The notes under the pieces: model-generated
Seen by the model: only the letters and a program-made list of their open reading frames with translations
Databases searched by the model: none
What the model was told of the DNA's origin: nothing
Assembly (NCBI GenBank): GCA_047601445.1
Contig: JASGJH010000001.1
Location: 192,001 to 256,000 of the forward strand
DNA length: 64,000 bases
Origin: Myxococcales bacterium
GTDB lineage: Bacteria > Myxococcota_A > Polyangia > Polyangiales > DASUME01
Reading direction: 5' to 3'
Shown here: piece after piece, positions 52,503 through 62,818 of the stretch
Position numbering within the stretch: position 1 is the first letter of the stretch
Layout of the letters: each line of letters begins with the position of its first letter
Program-made: the position numbers and the translations under genes

Positions 52503-55223
52503 GTGGTGGCCGTCCGTCTTCCCCTACACAGTGCGCTTGCTCTCACTTTTGCCTGGCTCGTGATCGCGAGCCCGGGATGCAGTACCGACGCTGCTGGCAC
52601 GCAGCACGGTGCGGAGGGGCAGGTCGATGAGGACGATCCGGACGGCGGCGATGCGGGCAACCCGCCTGGCGACGGATCCGTAGGCGCGCTGGCGACCCTC
52701 GAGATCATGGGCCCAGCGACGCTGCGGGCGGGCGACGAGCTCGACGTGACCTGCGTGGGGCGAGATGCGCGGGGGCACGTCTTGCGGCTGGCGGACGGCC
52801 AGCAGGAGGTCGCCATCAAGCCTGCGAGCGCCGTGCAGGCCCAGGGCGACCGCCTGACCGTGGTCGAAGCGGGAGAGCTGAGCGTCACCTGCAGCGTTCC
52901 GGCAGCCGCGCTGACGTCTGCGCCGGCCATCATCGCGGTCAGTGCGGGCGCGCCGGCCACGGTCGGCACGAGCGTTGGCGCCACGGACGTGGCGGCGGGT
53001 GACACGGTCACCGCGAGCTGCGACGTCCGCGATGCATTTGGGAACCAGAACGTCGACGCCGTGCCCACCTTGTCCGTGCAGCCTTCGGACGGTGCCAGCG
53101 TGAGCGGCCTTGGGGTAACGCTCACCAAGCCAGGCTCGGTGTTGGTCGCATGCCACGTGCCAGGTGCGCAGGGCACGGGAGTCATGGTCAGTGTGGCGCC
53201 CGGTCTGCCAGCCCAGTTGAAGCTCACGGTGGATCCGAGCGCCGCGACCTACGCGCGCGACTCGCTCCTTACCTTCTTCACGCTCGTCCAGGACGCCTAT
53301 GGCAACGAAGTTCCCGATGCGATGGTAACCCTCAGCTCTTCGCCGGCGGCAAGCGTCGTGGTGAGCCCGACCAAGTTTCGCTTTGGCGGCGAGGGAAGCT
53401 ACGTGATCACGGGGGTGGTGGCGGCGCCCACGGATGGCGGCCGCGAGGTTTCGGCCAGCACCTCGATCACGGTTTCGGCGACCAATCAGGGGCCAGACAT
53501 CAGCTGCGACGAACCCCTCCAGGGCAGCATGCTCGATGTTCCCATGAACAGTGTGGTGGCCTTCAAGGGCACGGCGTTCGATGGCGATGGTGTGGCGTCG
53601 CTGACGGTCAACGGCAGCGCGGCGGTGGTCGACGCGAGCGGCAAGTTCACGGCTTCGCTGACGGCCCATTTCGGGATCAACCACGTCGACATCGTGGCCG
53701 TGGACAAGACGGGCCTCTCGAGCTCGCGCACGTGCGCCTTTTTGGCGAGCGATGTGTGGCAGTCGGAAAGCGACTTCCCTGGCGCGATCTCCTTTGCCCT
53801 CTTTCCCTCTGCCATCGACGACACCGACCGAACGGGTGCGGTGGACTCGCTCGCGGACCTGCTCGCACAGGCGGCCAACGCCAGCGCGTTCAAGACGAAG
53901 CTCGACACCAGCTTCAAGGCGCAGAATCCATGGAAGCCGAGCTCCTGTGACCAAGAAGTGTGTCCGCCCGCAGGCTGCTCGTGCATCTATCGCTCGAGCA
54001 TCTCGTATCAGTCGCTGAGTCTGCCGCAGGCCAGCGTCGTGAGCGCGAGCAGCGTCGCCGACGGCATCAGCGTGACGACGACCATCGCGACCGTCACCCT
54101 GAACATGAAGATCGAGGGCACCGTGAACGCGGCGCCGTTCTCGCAGAATTTCACCGTCACCTATCCGAACCTGAGCAGTACGGCGATCTACGATGTGAAG
54201 CTGTCGGCGGGCGTGCCCCACGTGACCTTGCGCGCGGGCTCCCAGAGCTCGAGCATCGGCAACCCGACCGTTCAGTCGAATGGCATCAGCCCGTGGGCCG
54301 TCAACAACGTGATCACGCCGTTCGTGAACGCGCAGCGCGCCAACGTGCGCACGGTGATCTCGAACCAACTCGTGGACGACCAAACGGTCATCCTCGACAC
54401 CGTGTCGAGCTCCCTCAGCGTCGCCCCGCTCAAGACCGACATCGCACGTCTGGATGGCTCGGACACGTTCGCCTTGAACTTGGGGCTCAGCTACCCGAGC
54501 GTCTCCGCGACGGCCGCTCGCGCGCGGTTTACCTTGGGCACACGCTTCAGTGCGTTCACGGCGCAAAATCGCCCCTCACTCGGCATCGTGAGCCCTCCCG
54601 GTACGACCTTGCTGGACGTGTCCGTCAGCAATCCCTCGAACGTGGCGACCTCGCTGTCCGCGCTGATGCTCGAGCAGAAAGCGAACGCGTTGTGGCGCGC
54701 AGGGCTCTACGACGTGGTGCTCACTGGGACCAGAATCGGCGGGGGGGTGGCCGCCAACGTGAGCGCGCAGGTGAGCACTTCCTTGCCGCCCGTGTTCGAC
54801 GTGGTCAGTGCCAGCAACGTCGCGTTGGCCTTCGGAGGGGTGACCGTGGATCTCAGCATACCCGGCGTGTGGAACGGGACGCGCACCATCGAAGTGGTCG
54901 CTCGCTACACCACGACCCCCGTCGTTGCCGGCCAGACAGTGAACGTCCAGACGCCGGTGCTCGCCGAGCTCCACTATGGCTTCGGACGAGTCCAGCTGAA
55001 CGCTGCCCAGAAAACACAGCTAGAGACCACCTTGAAGGCGGTGCTCTTGAAGCTTGCCCAGGCCACCCTCGCGGCCCAGCCCTCGCTGCCGTTGCCGCAC
55101 GTCAGCGTGCCCGCCAGCCTCACCGCCTACGGGCTCAGTGAAGCGTCGTTCGGGATCCTGACCCCCGCGCTCACGGTGCAGAGCGAGAACGCGGTGGTGC
55201 GCGGCACCTTCGGCGGCTTCTGA
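52503..55223 (+). CDS. Large secreted lipoprotein with Ig-like repeats and beta-rich C-terminal domain
   Basis: Lipobox-like SPGC; DAFGN/DAYGN Ig-like repeats; Ser/Thr/Val-rich; 906 aa. Confidence 0.7.
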   Translation: MVAVRLPLHSALALTFAWLVIASPGCSTDAAGTQHGAEGQVDEDDPDGGDAGNPPGDGSVGALATLEIMGPATLRAGDELDVTCVGRDARGHVLRLADGQQEVAIKPASAVQAQGDRLTVVEAGELSVTCSVPAAALTSAPAIIAVSAGAPATVGTSVGATDVAAGDTVTASCDVRDAFGNQNVDAVPTLSVQPSDGASVSGLGVTLTKPGSVLVACHVPGAQGTGVMVSVAPGLPAQLKLTVDPSAATYARDSLLTFFTLVQDAYGNEVPDAMVTLSSSPAASVVVSPTKFRFGGEGSYVITGVVAAPTDGGREVSASTSITVSATNQGPDISCDEPLQGSMLDVPMNSVVAFKGTAFDGDGVASLTVNGSAAVVDASGKFTASLTAHFGINHVDIVAVDKTGLSSSRTCAFLASDVWQSESDFPGAISFALFPSAIDDTDRTGAVDSLADLLAQAANASAFKTKLDTSFKAQNPWKPSSCDQEVCPPAGCSCIYRSSISYQSLSLPQASVVSASSVADGISVTTTIATVTLNMKIEGTVNAAPFSQNFTVTYPNLSSTAIYDVKLSAGVPHVTLRAGSQSSSIGNPTVQSNGISPWAVNNVITPFVNAQRANVRTVISNQLVDDQTVILDTVSSSLSVAPLKTDIARLDGSDTFALNLGLSYPSVSATAARARFTLGTRFSAFTAQNRPSLGIVSPPGTTLLDVSVSNPSNVATSLSALMLEQKANALWRAGLYDVVLTGTRIGGGVAANVSAQVSTSLPPVFDVVSASNVALAFGGVTVDLSIPGVWNGTRTIEVVARYTTTPVVAGQTVNVQTPVLAELHYGFGRVQLNAAQKTQLETTLKAVLLKLAQATLAAQPSLPLPHVSVPASLTAYGLSEASFGILTPALTVQSENAVVRGTFGGF

Positions 55224-55224
55224 C

Positions 55225-56559
55225 TTACTCGGACTTGGCGGCCGCTTCGGGAGCCTTCTTCTTCATCGAAGGCATCATCTTCTTGGCGACGTCAGTGGCG
55301 GGGGCGGTTTCGCTCTCGGCCACTGGGGCCTCAGCGGTCTTGCCCTCGAACACGAGCTTGCCGAAGCGACTCGGCACGTGGAAGTCACCCACCAGCGGTG
55401 CCGACCAGCCGGCAGCGCGCATGCCCTTCTCGCGCGCGTCCATCACGTAGAGGTTCATGCGCCAGGTCTCGCCCGCCTTGGGAGGCTCGTGCTTGGGATC
55501 GCCGAGCGTGAACGCGGTCCACGGGATCGCCGCCTCCACGGTGTAGCCCTGGTCGGCTTCGTCGTCGTTGAGCGTTCCGCGCACGGCCACACCGTTCTTG
55601 AGGCCAGAGTTGAAGTCCATGTGGCCGAAGGGCTGGGGCACCCGGCGGCTGTCGTAGCGCGTGTCGAACACCTTGCCCGCGGGCGACACCTGGAGCTCGA
55701 AGTAGTTCTTCTCGTCTCCATCGGGGTCGATCATGAGCTCCACCGTGTCCTGTTCCCACAGGTGGTCGTCGTCCTTGGTGAAGGTGCTCTTGAGGTAGTC
55801 GTCCGCGACGTCGAAGGCCACGTAGAGGTTCTGGGCGTCCCAGGCGGCCTTGGCGGTGACCGGGAAGTCCGCGGCGTCGCCCGTCATGGTGTTCACGAAC
55901 AGCGCCGTGGGCTTGGCTTCGGACCAGATGGACTCGTCGAGCTTGCCGTCGAGCTTGACGGGCGCGCTGGCTGGCACCTCCACCGCGTGTAGCTCGGGCA
56001 GCGGGCTCTCGGCGCCCTTGACCGGGAGCTCGAGCGCGCGCGCACGGTTTTCCTTGTCCTGTGGGCCCTTCACGGAGAGCCGCATGTCGTCCTTCCAGAA
56101 GCCCAGGTACACGACGGCCTTGGGCGAGTTCCAGTTGTTCGGCACGGAGATCACTTGCTCGTCGCGCACGTAGGTGCCGGGTTCCCACAGCGAGGGCTCG
56201 TAGAAGGAGCGCAGCGGGCCGTTGTGGTCGAGGTTGATGCGGCTGCGGTTGCGGGCGTCCGCCAGGTGCGTGAACTGCTTGTAGCCCGAGGGCGCGGCGT
56301 GCTCGACCTTGTAGTGCCAGGTGACCGTCACGGGCTGACCAGGCGTGAGCTCTTCGCTCGACACGTCGTAGCCGATGAGCGTGACCTTGTCGTCGAACTT
56401 GATGTCGAGTGGGTGCTGGGGCTTGGTCGGGGTCTTGCTGACGTACTTCTGGACCTGGGTTTGTTGCTCGGGGCTCAATGCGCCCTTCTTCGAGCAGCCT
56501 GCGGCGCCGACGGTCAGCGCCAAGCACAAACCCATCACGGAAATCGCAACACGCGTCAT
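55225..56559 (-). CDS. Lipoprotein with CBM9-like (DOMON-type) sugar-binding domain
   Basis: Lipobox AAGC; KLDGKLDESIW, WDAQNLYVAF, LWEQDTVELMIDP and YTVEAAIPW. Confidence 0.8.
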   Translation of the reverse strand: MTRVAISVMGLCLALTVGAAGCSKKGALSPEQQTQVQKYVSKTPTKPQHPLDIKFDDKVTLIGYDVSSEELTPGQPVTVTWHYKVEHAAPSGYKQFTHLADARNRSRINLDHNGPLRSFYEPSLWEPGTYVRDEQVISVPNNWNSPKAVVYLGFWKDDMRLSVKGPQDKENRARALELPVKGAESPLPELHAVEVPASAPVKLDGKLDESIWSEAKPTALFVNTMTGDAADFPVTAKAAWDAQNLYVAFDVADDYLKSTFTKDDDHLWEQDTVELMIDPDGDEKNYFELQVSPAGKVFDTRYDSRRVPQPFGHMDFNSGLKNGVAVRGTLNDDEADQGYTVEAAIPWTAFTLGDPKHEPPKAGETWRMNLYVMDAREKGMRAAGWSAPLVGDFHVPSRFGKLVFEGKTAEAPVAESETAPATDVAKKMMPSMKKKAPEAAAKSE

Positions 56560-56561
56560 GG

Positions 56562-58214
56562 TTAGCGGCCCTTCTTGCGAGACTTCTTCTGCATCTTGCG
56601 CAGGTTCTTCTTCTTCTCTTTGTCGACCTTCTTGCGCGGACCGGGAGTCGGTTGGCCGAACATCCCAGCAGGCCCACCGCGCCCCAGTCCGGCCATCAGC
56701 TGATCCGCGAGGCCTTCCATGCCCTCGAGCCCCGGCGGCAAACCGCCGAGCCCCTGAGGCATACCGGGAAAGCCGCCCATGCCTCCCATCCCGGGCATTC
56801 CCGGGAAGCCGCCGCCCTTCATGGCGTTCCTCATGTTACGCGCCATGTTGAGCTGCTTCATGCCCGGTAGCTTGGAGAGCATGCCGGCGCTCTGACCGAT
56901 GTTGCCCATCAGGTCGCGCATCATGCCAAAGCGCTCGAGCAACTCGGCCACCTCGCGCTCCTGGCGCCCCGAGCCGCGCGCGACGCGCACGATACGGGTG
57001 GGCTGCTTCTGGAACAGCTCGGTGTGCACGCGTTCCTCGCGCGTCATGGAGCTCACGATGGCCTCGGCCTTCACCAGCTCCTTGTCGTCGAGGTTGGCGC
57101 CCTCGGGCATGCCGTCGGGGAAGAAGGGCAGCTTCTCGAAGATGTCCTTGAGCGGCCCCATCTGCTTGATCATGCGGATCTGCTCGAGGAAGTCGTTCAG
57201 GGAGAAGCGCCCCTGGAGCATCTTGGCGGCCTCTTCGGCGGCCTTCTTCTCGTCGATGACGCCCTCGAAGTCCTTCATTAGGCCGACGACGTCGCCAAAA
57301 CCGAGGATGCGGCTGGCCATGCCCTCCGCGCGGAAGGGCTCGAGCTTGTCGAGGCCTTCGCCCATACCGGCGAAGACAATCGGCGCGCCCGTGACTTCCT
57401 TGATGGAGAGCGCGGCGCCACCGCGGGCGTCACCGTCGAGCTTGGTGAGCACCACGCCGTTGAGGGTGAGGTACTGGTTGAACGAGGCCGCGGTCTTGAC
57501 CGAGTCCTGGCCGATCATCGCGTCGACCACGAGGAAGATGTTCTCCGGCTTCGTGCGGTCGCGGATGGTGGAGAGCTCCGACATCAACGCTTCGTCGATC
57601 GCCAGACGACCCGCGGTGTCGTAGAGCACCACGTCGCACTTTTGGCGCCGTGCCTCTTCTCTACCGCGCTCGCAGATCTCGATGGGGTCGCCACCCGGGA
57701 TGGCGAACACCGGCACGCCGAGGCGTTCACCCAGCACCTGCAGCTGCTCGATGGCGCCCGGGCGCTGCACGTCGGCGGCCACCAGGAGGGGCTTTCTGCC
57801 CTGCTCGTCGCGCAGGTACTTGGCGAGCTTGCCGGTGGTGGTGGTCTTACCGGAGCCCTGCAGACCCACCATCATGATGCCGGTGAGCGCGGGCTTGGGT
57901 ACGAGCTGCACCGGATCGCCCGTGAACTCCATCATGCTCAGGAGCTCGTCGTGACAGATCTTGATGAAGCGCTCGGCTGGGCCGACCTTCACCTTCTGGC
58001 CGGAGACCGTGGCCGAGGTCTCCATGACCTCGCCGATGGCCTTCTCCTTCACGTGTTGGAGGAAGCGCTTGACGACGTTGAATTCGACGTCGGCTTCGAG
58101 CAAGGAAAGGCGCACATCGCGCAGTGCCTGCTCGATGTTGTCCTCGTTGAGCTCCGCGAGCCCAGACAGTCGCTGGCGTGCTGCGCGGAAGCCCTTGGTG
58201 AGCGTCTCGAACAT
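56562..58214 (-). CDS. ffh: Signal recognition particle protein
   Basis: LLEADV, GLQGSGKTT, DTAGR, TKLDGDARGGAALS; Met-rich M domain. Confidence 0.97.
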   Translation of the reverse strand: MFETLTKGFRAARQRLSGLAELNEDNIEQALRDVRLSLLEADVEFNVVKRFLQHVKEKAIGEVMETSATVSGQKVKVGPAERFIKICHDELLSMMEFTGDPVQLVPKPALTGIMMVGLQGSGKTTTTGKLAKYLRDEQGRKPLLVAADVQRPGAIEQLQVLGERLGVPVFAIPGGDPIEICERGREEARRQKCDVVLYDTAGRLAIDEALMSELSTIRDRTKPENIFLVVDAMIGQDSVKTAASFNQYLTLNGVVLTKLDGDARGGAALSIKEVTGAPIVFAGMGEGLDKLEPFRAEGMASRILGFGDVVGLMKDFEGVIDEKKAAEEAAKMLQGRFSLNDFLEQIRMIKQMGPLKDIFEKLPFFPDGMPEGANLDDKELVKAEAIVSSMTREERVHTELFQKQPTRIVRVARGSGRQEREVAELLERFGMMRDLMGNIGQSAGMLSKLPGMKQLNMARNMRNAMKGGGFPGMPGMGGMGGFPGMPQGLGGLPPGLEGMEGLADQLMAGLGRGGPAGMFGQPTPGPRKKVDKEKKKNLRKMQKKSRKKGR

Positions 58215-58415
58215 GAGGCTCTAGCTCCAAAAAACAGGGGTCCAAGCCCCCCAAAAAACACGAAACTCCCGGGGCCGGGTTAGCATGGGGGGCATCGGCC
58301 AGCCAACCCGGGCCGTCTCGGCCGTCGAAGCGGGCGCGCCAGCCCACGAGGAGCCGCAGCGGCGCGCCCCGGGGCACTTGACCTCTGGCCCCCGGGCGAC
58401 GAAGTTGCGCCCCAG

Positions 58416-61280
58416 ATGCCGACGCCCAAGAACCAGATGGAGAGTGGTGCAGCCCTGCCAGCTCCGGGCACCCAACGAGTGCTGTACCTGGTGGACATCA
58501 GTGGCTACGTGTTTCGCGCTTTCTACGCGCTGCCGCCGCTCACGAGCGAACGCGGCGAGCCCACCGGTGCGCTCTACGGGGTCACCTCCATGCTGCTCAA
58601 GCTGGTCCGGGAAAGGCAGCCCGACCTCCTGGCGGTGGTGATGGACGGCAAGGGGCACTCGTTCCGCAAGGACCTGTTCGCCGACTACAAGGCCAACCGG
58701 CCCAGTGCCCCCGACGATCTCCAAGCAGCAGATGGGCAAGGTGCGGGAGGTGGCCGAGGCCTACGCGATTCCCTGCTACGAGCGCGACGGGGTCGAGGCC
58801 GACGATTCTGATCGCCAGCCTCACCAAACAGGCGCGGGCCAAGGGCTATCCCGTGGTGATCGTGAGCGCCGACAAGGACCTGTTGCAGCTGGTGGGCGAC
58901 GGCGTGTGGATGCTCGACACGATGAAGCAGCGCGCATTCGGGCCGGAGGAGACCGTGGAGAAGCTGGGGGTCAAGCCCGAGCAGGTGCGGGATTACCTGG
59001 CCCTGGTGGGCGATAGCTCCGACAACGTGCCGGGCGTGCCCTCGGTGGGGCCCAAGACCGCGGTCGAGCTCTTGACCCAGTTCGACACCCTGGAGGGCGT
59101 GTACACGCGCCTCGAGGAGCTCAAGAAGAAGGCGCTCAAGGCCAAGCTCGAGGAGCACCGCGACAAGGCGTATCTCTCGCGCGAGCTGGTGACGCTCAAG
59201 GACGACTACGAGCTGCCGCTCGACGAGCAGGCGCTGCGCTACGGCGGATGGGACGACGGGGTGCTGCGCAAGTTCGTGAAGCACTACGGGTTCACGCGCC
59301 TGATCGATCAGTTGGGGGCTGGACCCGCGTCCGCCGGCGGGCCCAAAGCGGCGAGCGCGCCCGCGCAGCTGTCGCTGGGCGAATCCCCTGCGGCCCCCGC
59401 TGCGGCCGCGGCGTCCGACACGTCCAGCGCGCCCGCGTCCGACGTGCCCGTGGTGGAGGCGCGGCCCGAGCTCGCACCGGCGCCGGTGGTGTTGCGCGTG
59501 GTGCAGGAGGCAAGCGAGTTGCCCGAGATCGCGCGGGCCATCGAGGCCGCCGGGGCTTGTTCTCTGTTCGCTGCTGCCGAGCACGACGAGCCCGTGGCCG
59601 GTGCGCTGATCGGGCTCGCGCTTAGCTGGAACCAGGAAGGGGTCTACATTCCGCTCGGACACGCCTACCTGGGCTGTCCGCCCCAGATTCCGATCAGCGC
59701 GCTCAAGGCCTCGCTCGGCCCGGTGCTCGAGAATGCGGCCATCAAGAAGCGCACCAGCAGCGCCAAGCGCGACACCATCGCGCTCACGCACCACGGAATC
59801 GCGCTGGCCGGTGTGGAGTTCGATCTGATGCTGGCGAGCTATCTGCTCGACGCCGATCTGCGCGGCCACGGCATGCACGAGATCTCTGATCCGCAAGTAC
59901 GACTTCGACGCGCCGAACTTCGAGCAGCTAGTGGGCAAGGGGAAGGTGCGGCGCCAGCTCGGTGAGCTCAGCGCCGAGGAAGTGCTGCCGTGGGTCAGCG
60001 TCGAGGTGAACCTCGAGCAGGTCGGGAACAGCCTGCGCGACGAGCTTGCTGCAGCCCACGTGAGCGACGTGCTCTATCAACTGGAGCTCCCCCTCACGTC
60101 CGTGTTGGCCGATATGGAGCGCCGCGGCGTGCAGGTGGACGCCGAGCGTTTGCGAGAGCTCGGGCGCACGGTGGACAAGGAGATTCAGGGCTACGAGAAG
60201 AGGTGCTTCGAGCTGGTGGGACGCGAGTTCAACGTCAACTCGCCGCGCCAGCTCGAGACCATTCTGTTCGACGAGCTCAAGCTGCCCGTGGTGGAGAAGA
60301 CCAAGACCGGACGCTCCACCAACGCCGACGTGCTCGAAGAGCTCGCCATCATGCACCCGCTGCCCGCGGCCATCCTCGAGCATCGTCAGCTCGCCAAGCT
60401 CAAGGGAACCTACCTCGACGCGCTGCCGCGCGAGATCAACCCGCGCACCGGGCGTATCCACACCAAGTTCGAGCAGGCCGTGGCGGCCACGGGCAGGCTC
60501 TCGTCCAACGAGCCCAACCTGCAGAACATCCCGATTCGTACCGAGATCGGTCGCTCCATTCGCACGGCCTTCGTGGCGGCGCCGGGCTTCAAGATCTTCG
60601 CGGCGGACTACTCGCAGATCGAGCTGCGCGTGCTCGCCCACCTGAGCCAGGACCCGGCGTTGGTGAAGGCCTTCTCGGAGAACGACGACGTGCACAACCT
60701 CACGGCCCAGGCCCTATTCGGGGTCGATCGCGAGCAGGTCACGCGCGAGCAACGCGCCGCCGCCAAGACCGTGAACTTCGCGGTCATCTACGGGCAGACC
60801 CAGTTCGCCCTGGCCCGCAACCTGCGCATCGCCCGTGGGGAGGCCCAGCGCTACATCAAGGCCTTCTTCGAGCGCTACGCGGGCGTTCGACGCTATCTGG
60901 ACACCCTGGTGCAGGAGGCCCGCCAGACGGGCTCCGTGCGCACCCTGATGGGACGCAGGCGCCTGGTGCGCGACATCACCGCCAAGAACCACGCCGTGCG
61001 CTCGGGCGCCGAACGCATCGCCCAGAACGCGCCCATCCAGGGCAGCGCCGCGGACATCATGAAGACCGCCATGATCAGGGTCCACGGCGCGCTGGCGCAG
61101 GCCCAGATGCGCTCACGCATGGTGCTCACGGTGCACGACGAACTCGTGTTCGAGGCCGCCGAGGGGGAGGGCGAGGCGCTCGAGAAACTGGTACGCGAGG
61201 CGATGGAGGGCGCGGTGACGCTGAGCGTGCCCATGGTGGTGGGCACGGGTTGGGGGGTAAGCTGGGGCGAGGCCCACTGA
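58416..61280 (+). pseudogene. polA: DNA polymerase I, split by three net +1 frameshifts (~58721, ~58807, ~59885); possibly sequencing error
   Basis: 5'-3' exonuclease motifs (VFRAFYA, YKANR, EADD, SADKDLLQL, GDSSDNVPGV) and polymerase motifs (TGRLSSNEPNLQNIP, ADYSQIELR, VHDELVFE) lie in four successive reading frames. Confidence 0.9.
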
Positions 61281-61394
61281 CGAGAAGCAAAGCGGCACGC
61301 GGGGGAATCGTCGCCGTCAACCGCCGCTGACCACGGCGACCATCCGTCGTTCCTCAGTCTCCGAGAATCGTCGGCCGAGATCGCTGCGCGCGAG

Positions 61395-62585
61395 CTATGC
61401 GCTCAAGAGCCTGCGAAGCACCCGCACCGGCAGCGCGCCTTCATCCGGCAAGAGCTGCGAATCGGCGCCCAGGCGCAAGCGGATGCCGCGCCATTCGACC
61501 GAGCGCGAGAAGCTCGCGTAGACCCACACACCGAACATGATCGCGTCCTTCACGGGCCCGAGTACGAGGTGCTGGAGCTTCATGGGCGCGCCGCGCACCA
61601 GCTTCACGAGCTGGCCGTCGATGGCGGTCTTGAGGGCGACCATGCCCAACAGCGCGTAGCCGAAGGAGGTCTCGCAGCCCGAGCTGAGCCAGGCCAGCAG
61701 CATGAGTGCGCTCGGGTTGGTGAAGATGTCGGTGATGAAGCTGACGGGGTGGATCACCGCGCGCATCTTGAGCCAGCGCGCGTGGCGCGTGAGCGAGCGG
61801 TCGAGGGCCATGTCCACGTTCACGTTGCGGATAGGCGTGGCGGAGAGCAGTACCTTCTTGCCGCTGTCGCCGTAGTGACGCCCGAGCAAGAAGTCCTCGG
61901 CCAGCGAGTCCTTTACGCGCTCCAGGCCGCCCAGGGACTTGAGCTCGCTGCTGCGGAAGAGCATGGACTTGCCGATCACGCAGGTGACGCCGCCCAGCTT
62001 GAGCGCTACGCAGCAGGCCGGTGCCACATAGGCCGAGAGCTGCAGGTTTTCGATGGCCGAGCCGAACGAACGCTCGCCGATGCCGGAGACCACCGAGGAC
62101 AGCAGCGAGGCCTCTTCGCTCACCAGCTCGGAGACGATGCTGCGCAGGTAGTCGCGCGGGGCCCAGACGTTGGCGTCGCTCTGCAACACCAGGTCGTGGC
62201 GCGCGGCGCGCAGGGCTCCCTGCAGGTTGGAGACCTTGGGATTGAGACCCCAGTTCTCGTCGCTCAGCACGAAGCGCACGGACACGCCGGGGTACTCGCG
62301 CGCCAGGCGGCGGGCCACCTGCATGGCGGGGTCTTCGCGCGTTGCGCTCGCGAACACGATCTCGAGCTGGCCCGGGTACTCCTGCTCGAAGAAGCTGCGC
62401 AGGCAGGCCTCGAGGTTCTCTTCCAGGCCCTTCACGGGCTTCAGCAGGCTCACCGCAGGGAACTCGGCGATGGAGCGGGTCTGGCGGCGGCGGAGGGTGT
62501 GGAGCCAGGTTGCTCCGACCATCACGAGGTAGAAGCCGAAGGAGAACGCGGCGGCGGTCAGGAGGACAGTGGTGAGGCTGAGCAT
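61395..62585 (-). CDS. GT21 ceramide-glucosyltransferase/HpnI-like glycosyltransferase
   Basis: VSLLKPVKG, GLNPKVSNL, SDAN, LAEDF and RHARW; ATG 62585. Confidence 0.85.
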   Translation of the reverse strand: MLSLTTVLLTAAAFSFGFYLVMVGATWLHTLRRRQTRSIAEFPAVSLLKPVKGLEENLEACLRSFFEQEYPGQLEIVFASATREDPAMQVARRLAREYPGVSVRFVLSDENWGLNPKVSNLQGALRAARHDLVLQSDANVWAPRDYLRSIVSELVSEEASLLSSVVSGIGERSFGSAIENLQLSAYVAPACCVALKLGGVTCVIGKSMLFRSSELKSLGGLERVKDSLAEDFLLGRHYGDSGKKVLLSATPIRNVNVDMALDRSLTRHARWLKMRAVIHPVSFITDIFTNPSALMLLAWLSSGCETSFGYALLGMVALKTAIDGQLVKLVRGAPMKLQHLVLGPVKDAIMFGVWVYASFSRSVEWRGIRLRLGADSQLLPDEGALPVRVLRRLLSA

Positions 62586-62818
62586 GGGTGGGTGGCTGTC
62601 TGGTCTCACGCACGCGCGCGACTCGATGTCGACCGCGTTGCTGCCGCCCGCAAACCGGGACGAACTGGGCCGCACTATGGCACGCAGCCGATCGCTCCGA
62701 ACCTTCCTGTCCAGCCCGCTGACAATGTTTTACATATCGTCGCTAGCTGTGACAGGTTTGCCGAAGCGAATACAATAATTCCAGTGGGTTAGAGTAGCAA
62801 TCCCCACGGGCCCGGCGC

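Noticed and set aside
56640..56830. Gly/Met/Pro repeats at the Ffh C-terminus
   Set aside because: Common low-complexity tail of bacterial Ffh
58416..61280. Programmed ribosomal frameshifting in polA
   Set aside because: No slippery heptamers at the three sites, and three successive recoding events are implausible
61395..62585. GT21 or GT-C (50218) as the missing APE glycosyltransferase
   Set aside because: They are 23-35 kb away among housekeeping genes and belong to different families from ApeJ
62730..62770. c-di-GMP-I riboswitch (GGCAAACC on the minus strand)
   Set aside because: No following GNRA hairpin or GCAAAGC/P1 elements visible
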